A stretch of 64,000 bases of DNA, taken from assembly GCA_019058245.1 (NCBI GenBank), contig JAHPZJ010000027.1, forward strand, positions 10,344-74,343, given 5' to 3'. Of the stretch, positions 1 to 10,171 are shown in pieces; within the stretch, counting starts at the first letter, position 1, and the number at the start of each line of letters is the position of its first letter. The stretch is from Promethearchaeota archaeon (GTDB lineage: Archaea > Asgardarchaeota > Lokiarchaeia > Sigyniarchaeales > SOKP01). The translations under genes and the position numbers were made by a program. A model generated the notes under the pieces. That model saw only the letters and a list, made by a program, of their open reading frames with translations, had not been told where the DNA came from and searched no databases.

Positions 1-406
1 CATCATTCATTGAAGGATCGTCAATATCTCCCTTTTCTTCAGCAAATTCTTTTATTGTTAAAATATCTTTACTATTTATATCAAAAATATTTTGGATATC
101 TTCTTTGTGTTTGTTTGTTAAGGTAAGAATTAAATCAGCATCCTTTATATATTCATGATGCCTCTTTAAATCAATTGACAAGGCACTATCTGATAATTTA
201 ATTCCAACTTCTTCCATAACTAGTTTTGCATCCATGGAAATTGTCATTCCATCTCTGGCATTGGGAGCAATACCCCCAGAATTCACTTTAATTTCAAAAT
301 TCATTTTTTTGAAAAAATCTCTTAAAAATCCTTCTGCCATTCTTGATCTAGCAGTATTTACAGAACATACTACCAAAATAGAGTGATAAGGGAATTTATT
401 AATCAT
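1..406 (-). CDS. low-molecular-weight protein-tyrosine phosphatase / ArsC-like (C-terminus runs off the window)
   Basis: Not in the ORF track because no stop lies in the window. Reverse-strand ATG at 406. Translation MINKFPYHSILVVCSVNTARSRMAEGF... has the CX5R(S) P-loop (C-SVNTA-R-S) and a later DDP motif typical of LMW-PTPs. Confidence 0.7.
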   Translation of the reverse strand, partial: MINKFPYHSILVVCSVNTARSRMAEGFLRDFFKKMNFEIKVNSGGIAPNARDGMTISMDAKLVMEEVGIKLSDSALSIDLKRHHEYIKDADLILTLTNKHKEDIQNIFDINSKDILTIKEFAEEKGDIDDPSMND

Positions 407-445
407 TATGATGTTAAAAAGAAAGATTAAAAATAACTGTTATTA

Positions 446-1135
446 TTATCTGAAACTATCAATATCCGCAAATTTGATACCTAATTTCTTCATATTACTA
501 AGAGCATTATTTATATTGCCTTCTGGTAAATCAACTCCCCGTGTTAAACGATCTATGAAATATACTTCATAACCAAACTCAAGACCGTCCATCGCTGTAT
601 AGTAGCAACAGTAATCTAGAGCTAAGCCACATATAAAAATTCGCTGAATATTTTTTGAGTTTAGATATTTTCTCAGACCTGTTTCAGTTTTCTTATCATT
701 ATCCCGAAATCCAGAATAACTATCAACCTTGTGACGTATACCTTTTTGAATAATCTTATTTGCTAATTGTGTATTTAGATCTTTATGAAATTTTGCCCCA
801 TTAGTACCTTGTACACAGTGATCGGGCCATAAAACTGGACCAATGGCTCCATTTTTCGATATATATTCATCCCCTGGTTTTTTCCCTTCGTGATTACTAG
901 CAAATGATAAATGATTTTTTGGATGCCAATCTTGAGTTAATACAATGATGGCCTTATTATCTTTAAATTTTTTAGCGAGATTATTAATATCATCAATTAT
1001 TAAGTCTCCCTCATTAACTGCTAATGTTCCTCCGGGAATAAAATCATTTTGAATATCAATAATTATTAAAGCATCCTTATTATTAATTTGAATATTTTTT
1101 TCATACTTGTTTTGCATTTCAATAATCGCTTTCAA
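446..1135 (-). CDS. pncA: nicotinamidase/pyrazinamidase (isochorismatase-family hydrolase)
   Basis: 229-aa ORF with ALIIIDIQNDF, a DWHP..H metal-site region and the ICGLALDYCC catalytic-Cys motif. Confidence 0.75.
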   Translation of the reverse strand: MKAIIEMQNKYEKNIQINNKDALIIIDIQNDFIPGGTLAVNEGDLIIDDINNLAKKFKDNKAIIVLTQDWHPKNHLSFASNHEGKKPGDEYISKNGAIGPVLWPDHCVQGTNGAKFHKDLNTQLANKIIQKGIRHKVDSYSGFRDNDKKTETGLRKYLNSKNIQRIFICGLALDYCCYYTAMDGLEFGYEVYFIDRLTRGVDLPEGNINNALSNMKKLGIKFADIDSFR

Positions 1136-1171
1136 TAATTTAATATAATATGATGTATGGGCTAATAGTAA

Positions 1172-1858
1172 TTAAATGCTTTTGTGAAAAAGATAATAAG
1201 CATTAACTAAGTACCATAATAAAATGGAAAAAATTACTATCCATTCATAAATCGGCATTATTGTGTATATAGCACGACCAAATGAATAACATATCTCTGG
1301 AAAATAATTACAAAAATTTGTTATGAAAAATGGTATCAAATAAGAAATAAAAATCCCAGCAATTATAAAATTAAAATACATAATAGATTTTGAAAATTTA
1401 GAATTTTTTAACATTAAATATCCAAAAAGAGTGCAAGTAATAGCCCCACCAATCCAACTTAGAAGTGCCAGCGAACCATGTAAGTTACTAATGAACTCGT
1501 TTACACCAGTAAAAATTCCGGTTAATGCAGCACTTATTGATGTAAAGATCCCCACTGCAACTGTTAATTTTCTTAAATTTTCATTAATATTTTCATCTTT
1601 CAATACTCTTCCAAGATAAATAATAAAAAGAATGGCAATAATATTAGAGATTATATTTCCTAATCTCAAAAAAATTCCCCCTGTTCTATGACCTAATACG
1701 CTTATTGATTTTTCCCACATTACATAGTCTCCCATTAAACAAGATATTACAAGTGCCAAAATATCTCCGGTAAACCCAATTATAAATGTTAGGAAACCAA
1801 AGTTTTCTCCCGATATTAAATTGTATATTTTGTCAAAAAACTCATTTATTTTCTTCAT
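1172..1858 (-). CDS. polytopic membrane protein (DUF998-like), tandem paralogue of 1944..2594
   Basis: 228-aa hydrophobic ORF with about 6 TM segments. It shares the GD(I/L)xA motif, the HG.(S/I)A motif and the LWYL C-terminus with its neighbour. Confidence 0.55.
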   Translation of the reverse strand: MKKINEFFDKIYNLISGENFGFLTFIIGFTGDILALVISCLMGDYVMWEKSISVLGHRTGGIFLRLGNIISNIIAILFIIYLGRVLKDENINENLRKLTVAVGIFTSISAALTGIFTGVNEFISNLHGSLALLSWIGGAITCTLFGYLMLKNSKFSKSIMYFNFIIAGIFISYLIPFFITNFCNYFPEICYSFGRAIYTIMPIYEWIVIFSILLWYLVNAYYLFHKSI

Positions 1859-1943
1859 AATGATCTTTCTCCCTTTATAACTTTAAAATGTTTATCTAAT
1901 GGCTTAAAAATTATAATAGTAAAAATATCAAGCTAATAAATTT

Positions 1944-2594
1944 TTAAATTTTTTTATGAATAACATAAATTGATATAATCAAATACCATAAAATTAGCGA
2001 TAAAGTATTCAACCATTCCAAACTGGGTAATATAATCATTAAAAATCTCAATACTGGAAATAAATGTAATATAAAGAAAACTAACATTATACTCAAGGTA
2101 AAGGTTGTAAATAGACCACAATATCCTAAGTATTTTGAATAATTTGATGAATCAATTATTAAAGAATTATAAAGACTAATATATAATAAACCAGATATCC
2201 AAGTGGTTACAGCACTAATTCCATGAATGTATGCAATTATGAGATTAGAACCACAAAAAACACCTAATATCATAAAACTTGTACAGGAAATTATTCCTGA
2301 AATTTTAGCACACATTCTAACATTATCATTGACTTCTTCTTCATTAAATGTTTTTTCAAGATAAATCAAAAATATAAATGCAAAAAAACCCGAAATTACT
2401 GTACCTGATTGAAAAAACAGCCAACCTGGTCCTAAACATAATGAACTTACGGCTCTCCGTAGTGGATTATATTCAGGATACATTAAATATGCAACTAAAT
2501 CACCTATCCCTCCAAAAATAATAGATAATAATCCATATACTCCAAATGATATTTTCTGTAAAGATTTATTGATATTTATTCTGAACTTTACCAT
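1944..2594 (-). CDS. polytopic membrane protein (DUF998-like), tandem paralogue of 1172..1858
   Basis: 216-aa hydrophobic ORF with the same architecture and C-terminal LILWYL..IHKKI motif as its neighbour. Confidence 0.55.
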   Translation of the reverse strand: MVKFRININKSLQKISFGVYGLLSIIFGGIGDLVAYLMYPEYNPLRRAVSSLCLGPGWLFFQSGTVISGFFAFIFLIYLEKTFNEEEVNDNVRMCAKISGIISCTSFMILGVFCGSNLIIAYIHGISAVTTWISGLLYISLYNSLIIDSSNYSKYLGYCGLFTTFTLSIMLVFFILHLFPVLRFLMIILPSLEWLNTLSLILWYLIISIYVIHKKI

Positions 2595-2751
2595 TTCAAA
2601 ATGCTCCTATATTTACTTAAAAGATAATTCTATAGGTTAATTATAAATATCTTTTTGTTATTTGGAAATTAATTTAAGACTTTAAAAAGTAAAACTACTT
2701 ATAAATCCATTTATATTTCAAATTAGAGCTGTTCAGAATATTGAAAACAAG

Positions 2752-3885
2752 TTATTTAGGTAAACAGACTATAAAAGTTGATCCTTTGTTTATACCTTGA
2801 GATTTTACAATTATTTTACCCTTATGCAATTGAACTATTTCTTTCGAAATATATAAACCCAAACCTGCACCTTCAGTATTAGTTTCCAAATTATTATCAA
2901 ATCTATTGATTTTACTAAACTTCTTAAACAATTGTCCTTTCTCTTTGTTTGTTAATCCAATACCAGTATCCTTGACTGAGATTTCTATGTTTTCTTTTTT
3001 AACATTTAAGTTAATAAAAATTGTACCATTAGAGGGCGTAAATTTTAATGCATTAGATATCAGATTAATTATAACTTGCTCTAATCTAATTCGATCAATG
3101 CTCAAAATACACTTTTGAGGTACATCTACTTTGATATTAATTTTTCTTTTATGTGCTCTAAGTTTTAAATCATTAACGCAATCTTGTATTAATTCAACAA
3201 GATCTTCATCTTTCAAGTCTAATTGCAATTCATCTGATTCTAATTTAGATATATCAAGCAGATTATCAATCAAAAGGCTTAATTTTTGGCTTCCCCTATA
3301 TATTATTTCAAGGTAATTTAATTCATTCTCTCTAAATTGTTCTTTGAAATTTTTTAAGAGAAATTGGGATGCCGCATAAACAGAGTTCAATGGAGTTTTG
3401 AGTTCATGAGATGCTTTCATTATCAATTCGCTTTTTATTTGACTTAATTCTTCTAATTTTTTATATTCTTCAAGATGAATACTTTCAGACTTCTTACGTT
3501 CAGATATATCTCGGGAGATTATAACTGCTTTAGTAATTCCACCTGTATCAATAAATTTCTTCCCTTTATGTTCAAACCAGATATAATGTCCATCTTTATG
3601 CATCAGTCTCATTTCATTTCTACTTTCCCCATATTTAAAAATATTTCTTATTGTTTTAGTGGCTATTTTCAAATCATCAGGATGTATGTTAAGAAGTGGG
3701 TTCTTTCCAATTAACTCTTCTCTTAAATAGCCCAAACTATCAAAAACTGCTTTCTCATTAATATATTCATGCTCTAATTTATCATTTAAAATTGTAATTA
3801 AGTCATTAGCATTATCTAAAATCATTTTATATTTTTTCTCTGAATTACTTAATAGTTCTTCATTTGTCATAAATCCATTAAACAC
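2752..3885 (-). CDS. PAS-domain sensor histidine kinase
   Basis: N-terminal PAS-like segment, H-box SHELKTPLNS, N-box LISNALKFT, and G-boxes DTGIGL and GAGLGLYISKEIV. Confidence 0.85.
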   Translation of the reverse strand: MFNGFMTNEELLSNSEKKYKMILDNANDLITILNDKLEHEYINEKAVFDSLGYLREELIGKNPLLNIHPDDLKIATKTIRNIFKYGESRNEMRLMHKDGHYIWFEHKGKKFIDTGGITKAVIISRDISERKKSESIHLEEYKKLEELSQIKSELIMKASHELKTPLNSVYAASQFLLKNFKEQFRENELNYLEIIYRGSQKLSLLIDNLLDISKLESDELQLDLKDEDLVELIQDCVNDLKLRAHKRKINIKVDVPQKCILSIDRIRLEQVIINLISNALKFTPSNGTIFINLNVKKENIEISVKDTGIGLTNKEKGQLFKKFSKINRFDNNLETNTEGAGLGLYISKEIVQLHKGKIIVKSQGINKGSTFIVCLPK

Positions 3886-4194
3886 TTTTATTTCCTCATC
3901 TTAGCCTTTTCTATTATAGATTTTTTATTTTCATTAAATTTCTGATAAATTTTCTATATTTATCCTGTTAAAGAAAAAATTTCAGGACCTCGTCAAATCA
4001 GTATTCATCTAATGTAAATAATATGGAATACAAGGTAACTTATAGTTATATTTTTATGGAGATTGTCTATTTGTACTATATACTGATACGAAATAAGTTC
4101 TCGGATTAGTTAACAAAAAGATTTAATTTGTTATCTAATTTATGATATTTATAATAACAATAATACCCAAAAATTACAGATTCTATTATTATAG

Positions 4195-4296
4195 GCGCTC
4201 GTAGTATAGTGGTCAGTATGCTAGGTTCCCAACCTCGCGACCCGGGAAGTCATTTCATTTCGAGGTTACTCGGGATTTCAATTCCCGGCGGGCGCA
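4195..4296 (+). tRNA. tRNA-Gly(CCC) with an insertion of about 30 nt (about 4247..4276) in the T-arm
   Basis: Acceptor GCGCUCG/CGGGCGC plus A73; D-arm GUAU-AGUGGUCA-GUAU; anticodon arm CUAGG-UUCCCAA-CCUCG. T-arm CCGGG...UUCAAUU-CCCGG becomes canonical only after removing 4247..4276. Confidence 0.7.
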
Positions 4297-4395
4297 CTCT
4301 TTAAACTTTTTGAAAAACTCAATTTCAAATAAAAGTTAAGAATCTATTTTCATTTATTGACCTTCTTAAGAAGATATGTAGATTTACGAATAAGC

Positions 4396-4650
4396 TTAGT
4401 TACCTAGACTTTTAAGAAAATTAATTGAGGGGAAGGAACTAGTTTCAATTTCCTCACATAAATCAGATACTTTACCGAATAATGATGCTGCTTTTTTAAA
4501 ACTTCCATCTTTCTTATAATCTTCAGCTTCAGGCATCTTAATCATTTTAATAAGAAGTGGTTTAAATAATTCAAGTATTTCATATACATTTTCTAATATC
4601 TTTTTAGTTAAATATATTTTATTGTTAATTTCATCTTCTTTTATAGACAT
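4396..4650 (-). CDS. hypothetical protein
   Basis: 84-aa ORF only; no recognisable motif. Confidence 0.35.
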   Translation of the reverse strand: MSIKEDEINNKIYLTKKILENVYEILELFKPLLIKMIKMPEAEDYKKDGSFKKAASLFGKVSDLCEEIETSSFPSINFLKSLGN

Positions 4651-5040
4651 ATCGACTTTTCTCGGTTTTATTTATATCTTTTTAATTAAATAAAATTTAA
4701 TATGTATCTACTTAAATCTTTTGGTTTTTTTTTTTAAATTTGTATATTTACATACAAATAAATCTTAGATTTTTTTTCAAACCTTTTTTGTAGCAAAAAA
4801 GATTCATTGATTTTAATTTTTGGGATAAATTTTTGTGATTTTAAGTAAAAATTATATTTTACTTATCATGGATTTTTATCACTATTTTTATTATTTGTAA
4901 ATTTTGTGAGTACAAAATCAAGTAAGATTGAATTACCTCAAAACTTTCTTTATTTATAAAAATTCTATAAAATTTATCTTTTCTTCAAATTATAAATCTT
5001 AGAATCTAAATTAATGATGAAATGATTCAAATATTTTACT

Positions 5041-5685
5041 TTACTGGATTTTTTTTATCTTTTTTAGAAGATCACGCATATGAAGGTTCCCCATCCCAAA
5101 TTTAACTTGAAAAGCAAACATTAAAACTAAATTAAATTTTTTTCCATCAAAAGCAATAATATTTGAGATGAATTTTTCGTTATTTTCTAATTCGAGATAC
5201 ATTTTTTTAACACGAATAAGGTTTTTCTCATTTCGAACTTCAAATTCTCTAATTGTATTGAATAATGTTGTTTGAGGCAAAGATGAATATAATACTTTTC
5301 CCTCTATTGTAAAAAATCCTGAACCAATAATTTCTTTATCATCGACACATTCTCGTAATAATTTGATAATATTTTGGAAAATCGGTGAGGAAGTAAAATC
5401 TTCTGTATCATACGTATCATCGCTACTTTCATAGAACTCCATTTTAGAAAACTCAAAATCAACAGTTTGATATCCTCTTACTTTAAAATTTTTGTCTACA
5501 AAAGCCTGAAAACTATGTTCACAACATAAATTTGAAGGAATTGATATTGTAGTTAATTGTTTACTTTGATCAATAACTTTCTTAGGAATCCTCAAATGTT
5601 TATTAGTCGAACATTGTGGACATCTAATCATAATTTCCTGTAAATCAATTTTGTTATTTTGTTTTATATCCTCTTGAGCACTCAT
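5041..5685 (-). CDS. hypothetical protein with N-terminal CxxC...CC zinc-ribbon-like motif
   Basis: 214-aa ORF with RCPQCSTNKH...LCCEHSF at the N-terminus. The C-terminal half (IIGSGFFTIEGKVLYSSLP...) loosely resembles a roadblock-type fold; this is inference. Confidence 0.5.
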   Translation of the reverse strand: MSAQEDIKQNNKIDLQEIMIRCPQCSTNKHLRIPKKVIDQSKQLTTISIPSNLCCEHSFQAFVDKNFKVRGYQTVDFEFSKMEFYESSDDTYDTEDFTSSPIFQNIIKLLRECVDDKEIIGSGFFTIEGKVLYSSLPQTTLFNTIREFEVRNEKNLIRVKKMYLELENNEKFISNIIAFDGKKFNLVLMFAFQVKFGMGNLHMRDLLKKIKKIQ

Positions 5686-6171
5686 TTTTTCCCCTAATTA
5701 TTTTTAAAATAAGTAATTATAATTTTGATTTTAATATTAAAAATATTCTTTCTCCTCTTTTTAATTATTCATAAAACAACTTTAAAAAAATTATAGAGTT
5801 GTATTAAAATTTTTTTAATGTGTAAAATCAATATACTGCATACTTTTTTATATTCAAAAGTACACATATTATCTATTTTTTTAGAGTTATTTAATTTTTT
5901 GTCATACATTATCTTTCCATAAAATTTAATAATCTTGAATATAAAAAAAAAGTTTGATTAAGAAGATTTGATTCGGAGGAGTACAACTTTTATTGTAAAA
6001 AATAGATTTATATATTCCTTCTAATATATTTTTTTTAGTTCAAAATAAAGTTAGGTATATAACAAATAACAGAAATAATTAGTTTTTTACAACAATAATT
6101 AGTTCTTCTGATATATATGAAAAGAATTCTCTTAAATAATAACTCTACAAAAATATTAATATGAATCTAAT

Positions 6172-6990
6172 ATGATCGCTATGAACACCACTCGAAATCC
6201 AGATCAATCTAATAAAAAATTGCATATGCTCGGTTATGGGTTATTAAATATTTCAGATCTCAAGTCTGGTGGAAAACTTAATGTGACTTTTCAATATGGT
6301 ATAGGGGTATCGCTAATTCAAAATATTTTCGAATTATATAAAAATGAAATTGTCAGCAAAAAACAGGGAAATTCTATTGTTCCTTTAGAAGAATTTACAA
6401 TTTATATTCAGTATTTTAAAAATGGAGAAGAAAACATATCTGTAATAATATATATGGAAGAAAAGGAACCAAACGTACCTGTAAATTATCCAAAATTATA
6501 CTTTTTGTCGAAAAAAATCAATAAACAAATTCTTTCTGGGACACCCATACCAAAACTAAGAGATATTTTTAAATCTGAGATTGAGATTCCAAAATCTGAT
6601 GGGGTTATAGCAATATTCATTATTGGATCCACTGGAAGTCCATTTGTTTCAAAGATTAATAAAAGTCGTTCAAGTATAGCTGAGCATGAAGTTCACATAG
6701 GTGGATTTATTTCAGCTTTATTATCATTTTCAAATACAATTATCGGTGAGGAAACTGGCGCCAAGCTTAAAGAGATTAATTTTGGAAACCAACAATTTTA
6801 CGTCATATCAAAGAGTAATGTTATTTTTGCCTTTTTAGTTGAAAATATGAATTCATTACTTCAAAGATATATGTATCTTCTCACGGATGAATTTCTTTTC
6901 GATTTCCGCGACTATATAAAGGATTTTAATGGGGATGTTACTCCATTTAATGAATTCGAAAAGAAAATAAATCAATATTTTATAATTTAA
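6172..6990 (+). CDS. hypothetical protein; C-terminal domain paralogous to 62473..62862
   Basis: 272-aa ORF ending 18 nt before cheW. The C-terminal segment HIGGFISALLSFSNTI...LKEINFGNQQFYV...FNEFEKKI aligns by eye with LFGGLMSALNTIAETL...FQLSNMRFAI...FDDFEKEI of 62473..62862. Confidence 0.55.
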   Translation: MIAMNTTRNPDQSNKKLHMLGYGLLNISDLKSGGKLNVTFQYGIGVSLIQNIFELYKNEIVSKKQGNSIVPLEEFTIYIQYFKNGEENISVIIYMEEKEPNVPVNYPKLYFLSKKINKQILSGTPIPKLRDIFKSEIEIPKSDGVIAIFIIGSTGSPFVSKINKSRSSIAEHEVHIGGFISALLSFSNTIIGEETGAKLKEINFGNQQFYVISKSNVIFAFLVENMNSLLQRYMYLLTDEFLFDFRDYIKDFNGDVTPFNEFEKKINQYFII

Positions 6991-7008
6991 AAAAAGGTTA
7001 TCAAAAAA

Positions 7009-7542
7009 ATGAGTCAAAAACAAGAATATGAAGGAATAAATCAAGTGTCTATCCTCTCCTTCCAGATTGGATGGGAAGAGTTCTGCATTGATTTGAATGA
7101 TGTTAAGGAAATAATTCAAGCAGGGTTAGTAAGAAAATTGCCTAAAAGCTTAGATTACATAGATGGAATCTATAATTATAGAGGAGAAATTATTCATGTA
7201 ATTAACTTAAAGAAAAAACTAGAATTGGATCAATCTCTATTATATCAATCTCGAAATTCCTCATATAAACAAGATTTGAAATCTACGAAGAAATTCATCA
7301 TCATCCTAAAGATTGATAACAATTTAATTGGGGTTTATACAGATTCTATCCTTAGTATCGATCATATAAACCCTTCTGAGATAATAGGATTAAGTCCAAT
7401 CTTTCAGACCAGTGTTGCTATTGATTATATTAAAGGAATTATTAAATTCGAAGAAAGACCAAGAATTCTGCTTGATTTAAGTAAAATTTTCAATGATATT
7501 GATAAATTTAGAATTAAGCAAGATTTATCATCTTTAACATAA
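7009..7542 (+). CDS. cheW: chemotaxis coupling protein CheW
   Basis: 177-aa single CheW-like domain (SFQIGWEEFCIDLNDVKEI..., GIYNYRGEIIHVINLKK). Confidence 0.9.
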   Translation: MSQKQEYEGINQVSILSFQIGWEEFCIDLNDVKEIIQAGLVRKLPKSLDYIDGIYNYRGEIIHVINLKKKLELDQSLLYQSRNSSYKQDLKSTKKFIIILKIDNNLIGVYTDSILSIDHINPSEIIGLSPIFQTSVAIDYIKGIIKFEERPRILLDLSKIFNDIDKFRIKQDLSSLT

Positions 7543-7569
7543 AATCAAATAAAAATAGGAGTTGATAAT

Positions 7570-7956
7570 ATGGTAAAAAATGAAAAAAAGAAGGTTCTAA
7601 TAGTAGATGATGCTCAGTTTACGCGTAACATGCTTAAAAACATAATTAATAAAATTGAACAAATTGAAGTTGTAGGTGAAGCTTCAAATGGAGTAGAAGC
7701 AATCTCCTTATATAAAAAATTAAATCCAGACTTAGTTACTATGGATTTAGTAATGCCAGAAAAGGGTGGTATTGAAGCAACAGAGGAGATTCTGAAAATA
7801 AACCCAAAAGCAATAATTATTGTGGTTTCTGCACTAGGTCAAGAAGCTTTAGTTCTTGAAGCAGCAAAAAAAGGGGCAAAAGATTTCATTCAGAAGCCCT
7901 TCAAGAATGAGCAAATCTTAGAGGTAATGAACCGAATACTAAAATCTGGCGAGTAA
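7570..7956 (+). CDS. cheY: chemotaxis response regulator CheY
   Basis: 128-aa receiver domain with VLIVDD, DLVTMDLVMP and KPF; AGGAG lies upstream. Confidence 0.9.
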   Translation: MVKNEKKKVLIVDDAQFTRNMLKNIINKIEQIEVVGEASNGVEAISLYKKLNPDLVTMDLVMPEKGGIEATEEILKINPKAIIIVVSALGQEALVLEAAKKGAKDFIQKPFKNEQILEVMNRILKSGE

Positions 7957-8041
7957 ACTCACCAAGAAGAGTATTATGAATGCAATCATCAAATAAATAT
8001 AAAAAAAAGGAATTAAAATAATAAGGATATAAGGTGATTAT

Positions 8042-10117
8042 GTGTCATCTAAAGACGATATAAAACTTTTTATAAGTGAAGCTGAGGATTTGATTCAGAA
8101 GACGGAGGATGAAATTCTAACTCTGGAAGAAAATCCTAATAATTCTAAACCGATTAAAGAACTCTTCTTCACATTTCATACATTAAAGGGATTAACCGCA
8201 ATGGTTGGCTTTGACAATTTATCTAAGTTCTGCCATCATTTTGAATCATTTTTAGATAATGCTCAGAAGAATAAAGTTTCTAAAACGAAAAGAGATAATT
8301 TCATAGACATGCTATTTGAGAGTCTTGATGTGTTAAAAAATGTCTTAAATCAGGTAAAAAAAGGAGATATGAAAGATATTGATGCAAATTTTGTTGAAGA
8401 TATAAAAAATAGCTTTGAAAGTTTTGAAACTGAAGAATATGATATCACCTTTATTGAAGCTTTAAATTTAGAAGAAATTTCTAAATTACTTAATCAGAAT
8501 CAAAATAAATCATTCAAGATTTATATTCGTCTTGAAGACACCTGTGTTTTTAAAAAAGTAAGATTATTCATTATCTTTAGAGCATTAAATGAAAATGGTA
8601 AAATATGTTGGACTAATCCTGTTCCTGAGGAGTTAGAAAGAGCAACAATCAGAAATGATTTTGAAATATACTTTATCACTAAAAATAATAAAGAGAATAT
8701 TTTCCAGATTTTAGATGAGATCTTAGAAATAGAAAACATTGTTATTACACCAATAAAATCTGAAGAATTCAAGAATACAATTGCCGATCTCAAGGGAAAA
8801 TGGGAACTTCAAAAATCAGCTTCAATAAGTGATGATATAATTATTGAAGATTATGATGAAGAAGTTGATGTTGAAGAAATTGAGAGAGTTTCTCATATTA
8901 CAGAGGGTTATACAGATGGTACTGTTAAAATTATGAGTGTTAAAGTTAATATTGAATATCTAGAGGAACTAATGAATTATTTCGGAGAGTTGGTAATAAT
9001 GAAAAATCATATTAGTCAACTTTTAAAAGAAAAAGAAGATAGAACACTAGCAAGATTAATCGATAAAATGGATAAACCCTTTTTAGATATTCAAGAAATT
9101 CTTTTTAAATTAAAATTAGTTAGAGTTGAATCAACTTTCAGAAAATATAAACGCTTAGTTCGTGATGTGGCAAATGAAACAGGGAAAAAAATAAGACTAA
9201 TTTTAGAAGGAACTAATGTTGAAATCGATAGAAAAATTTTAGAAGAAATTAATTCTCCTCTAGTTCATTTACTTAGAAATGCAATTTATCATGGTATTGA
9301 ACCACCAAAAGAACGAATTAAAAAAGGTAAAGATGAATTTGGAATCTTAAAACTAAGAACATATAGAAGAGCAGGATCAATTTTTATAGAGGTCCAAGAT
9401 GATGGTGCTGGTATTAATTATGATAAAATAAGAGAACAGGTTGTGAATAAAGGATATTATGATATAGATGAGGCCAAAGAATTAACCAAAGAAGATTTAA
9501 ATCACTTTATTCTTTTACCTGGGTTTTCTACACTCTCGGATGCAGACCTTATTTCAGGGAGAGGTATGGGGTTGGCTATTGTAGCCGAGAGAATTAAGGA
9601 ATTGGGTGGTGATTTTAGCATCCATTCAGAAAAAGATATAGGTACGAAATTTACATTAGACGTACCCTTTACGAGGGCAATATTAAGAGCTCAATTAATC
9701 CAAATAGCTGATGATTTATTTGCAATTCCAACTGAAAATATAAAACAAATATATTTTTACAATCCTAACCAAGTTGAATACATTGAGGGAGAACAATATT
9801 ATAAAATAGATTCAAAAATAGTACCTTTAATTCATTTAAGTGACCATTTAAATATGGTAAATGAAAGTGAGACGAATTCTCATAAAAAAATCGCTATATG
9901 GTGCCAAAAAGATGAAGAAAATTCAGCAGTATTTGTTGCTGATAAACAACTTCAACAGTTGGATGTAGTTGTTAAACCTTTTAAATCTAATTTTTCTGAC
10001 TCTCGTGATATATTAGGTTCTACAATTACAGGTGAAGGAATTATTTGCCTAATAATTGATGTGTTGAGCATTATTACCTCTAAAACAAATGAAAAAATAA
10101 TTTCTAATTTAACATAA
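8042..10117 (+). CDS. cheA: chemotaxis histidine kinase CheA
   Basis: HPt (FHTLKG), N-box HLLRNAIYHGIE, G-boxes DDGAGI and GRGMGL, and a C-terminal CheW-like domain. GTG start follows AGGTGAT. Confidence 0.95.
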   Translation: MSSKDDIKLFISEAEDLIQKTEDEILTLEENPNNSKPIKELFFTFHTLKGLTAMVGFDNLSKFCHHFESFLDNAQKNKVSKTKRDNFIDMLFESLDVLKNVLNQVKKGDMKDIDANFVEDIKNSFESFETEEYDITFIEALNLEEISKLLNQNQNKSFKIYIRLEDTCVFKKVRLFIIFRALNENGKICWTNPVPEELERATIRNDFEIYFITKNNKENIFQILDEILEIENIVITPIKSEEFKNTIADLKGKWELQKSASISDDIIIEDYDEEVDVEEIERVSHITEGYTDGTVKIMSVKVNIEYLEELMNYFGELVIMKNHISQLLKEKEDRTLARLIDKMDKPFLDIQEILFKLKLVRVESTFRKYKRLVRDVANETGKKIRLILEGTNVEIDRKILEEINSPLVHLLRNAIYHGIEPPKERIKKGKDEFGILKLRTYRRAGSIFIEVQDDGAGINYDKIREQVVNKGYYDIDEAKELTKEDLNHFILLPGFSTLSDADLISGRGMGLAIVAERIKELGGDFSIHSEKDIGTKFTLDVPFTRAILRAQLIQIADDLFAIPTENIKQIYFYNPNQVEYIEGEQYYKIDSKIVPLIHLSDHLNMVNESETNSHKKIAIWCQKDEENSAVFVADKQLQQLDVVVKPFKSNFSDSRDILGSTITGEGIICLIIDVLSIITSKTNEKIISNLT

Positions 10118-10171
10118 TTTTTTAAGAAGAATTAAAGTATCAAAAGAAGATAAACTTGGAGGAAACATAAT

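Noticed and set aside
1431-1619. Short ORFs from the track that lie antisense to or inside longer, motif-supported genes. Coordinates: 1431..1619, 2906..3118, 3131..3316, 3475..3714, 6856..7119, 8521..8793, 12690..12875, 14171..14428, 15388..15582, 16775..16990, 17306..17708, 18608..18889, 20667..21137, 25646..25885, 28740..28997, 30161..30370, 33578..33805, 34901..35188, 39011..39223, 43199..43387, 43601..43825, 48244..48495, 49608..49865, 51572..51925, 52578..52808, 53347..53604, 54380..54574, 55632..55859, 62677..62889, 63117..63314.
   Set aside because: Each overlaps a longer ORF with recognisable family motifs or paralogue support. In AT-rich DNA the antisense frames of coding regions often stay open, and none of these shows a motif of its own.
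5014-5020. AUGAUGA C-box-like heptamer in the intergenic region, a possible C/D box sRNA.
   Set aside because: No matching D box (CUGA) or terminal stem lies at the expected distance. It sits at the 3' end of the 5041..5685 gene region.
4651-6171. Unusually long AT-rich non-coding stretches (4651..5040 and 5686..6171) flanking the 5041..5685 gene, considered as a replication origin or mobile-element scar.
   Set aside because: I could not find origin-recognition-box repeats, a cdc6/orc gene, terminal repeats or an integrase. Only homopolymer runs and promoter-like AT-rich sequence are present.
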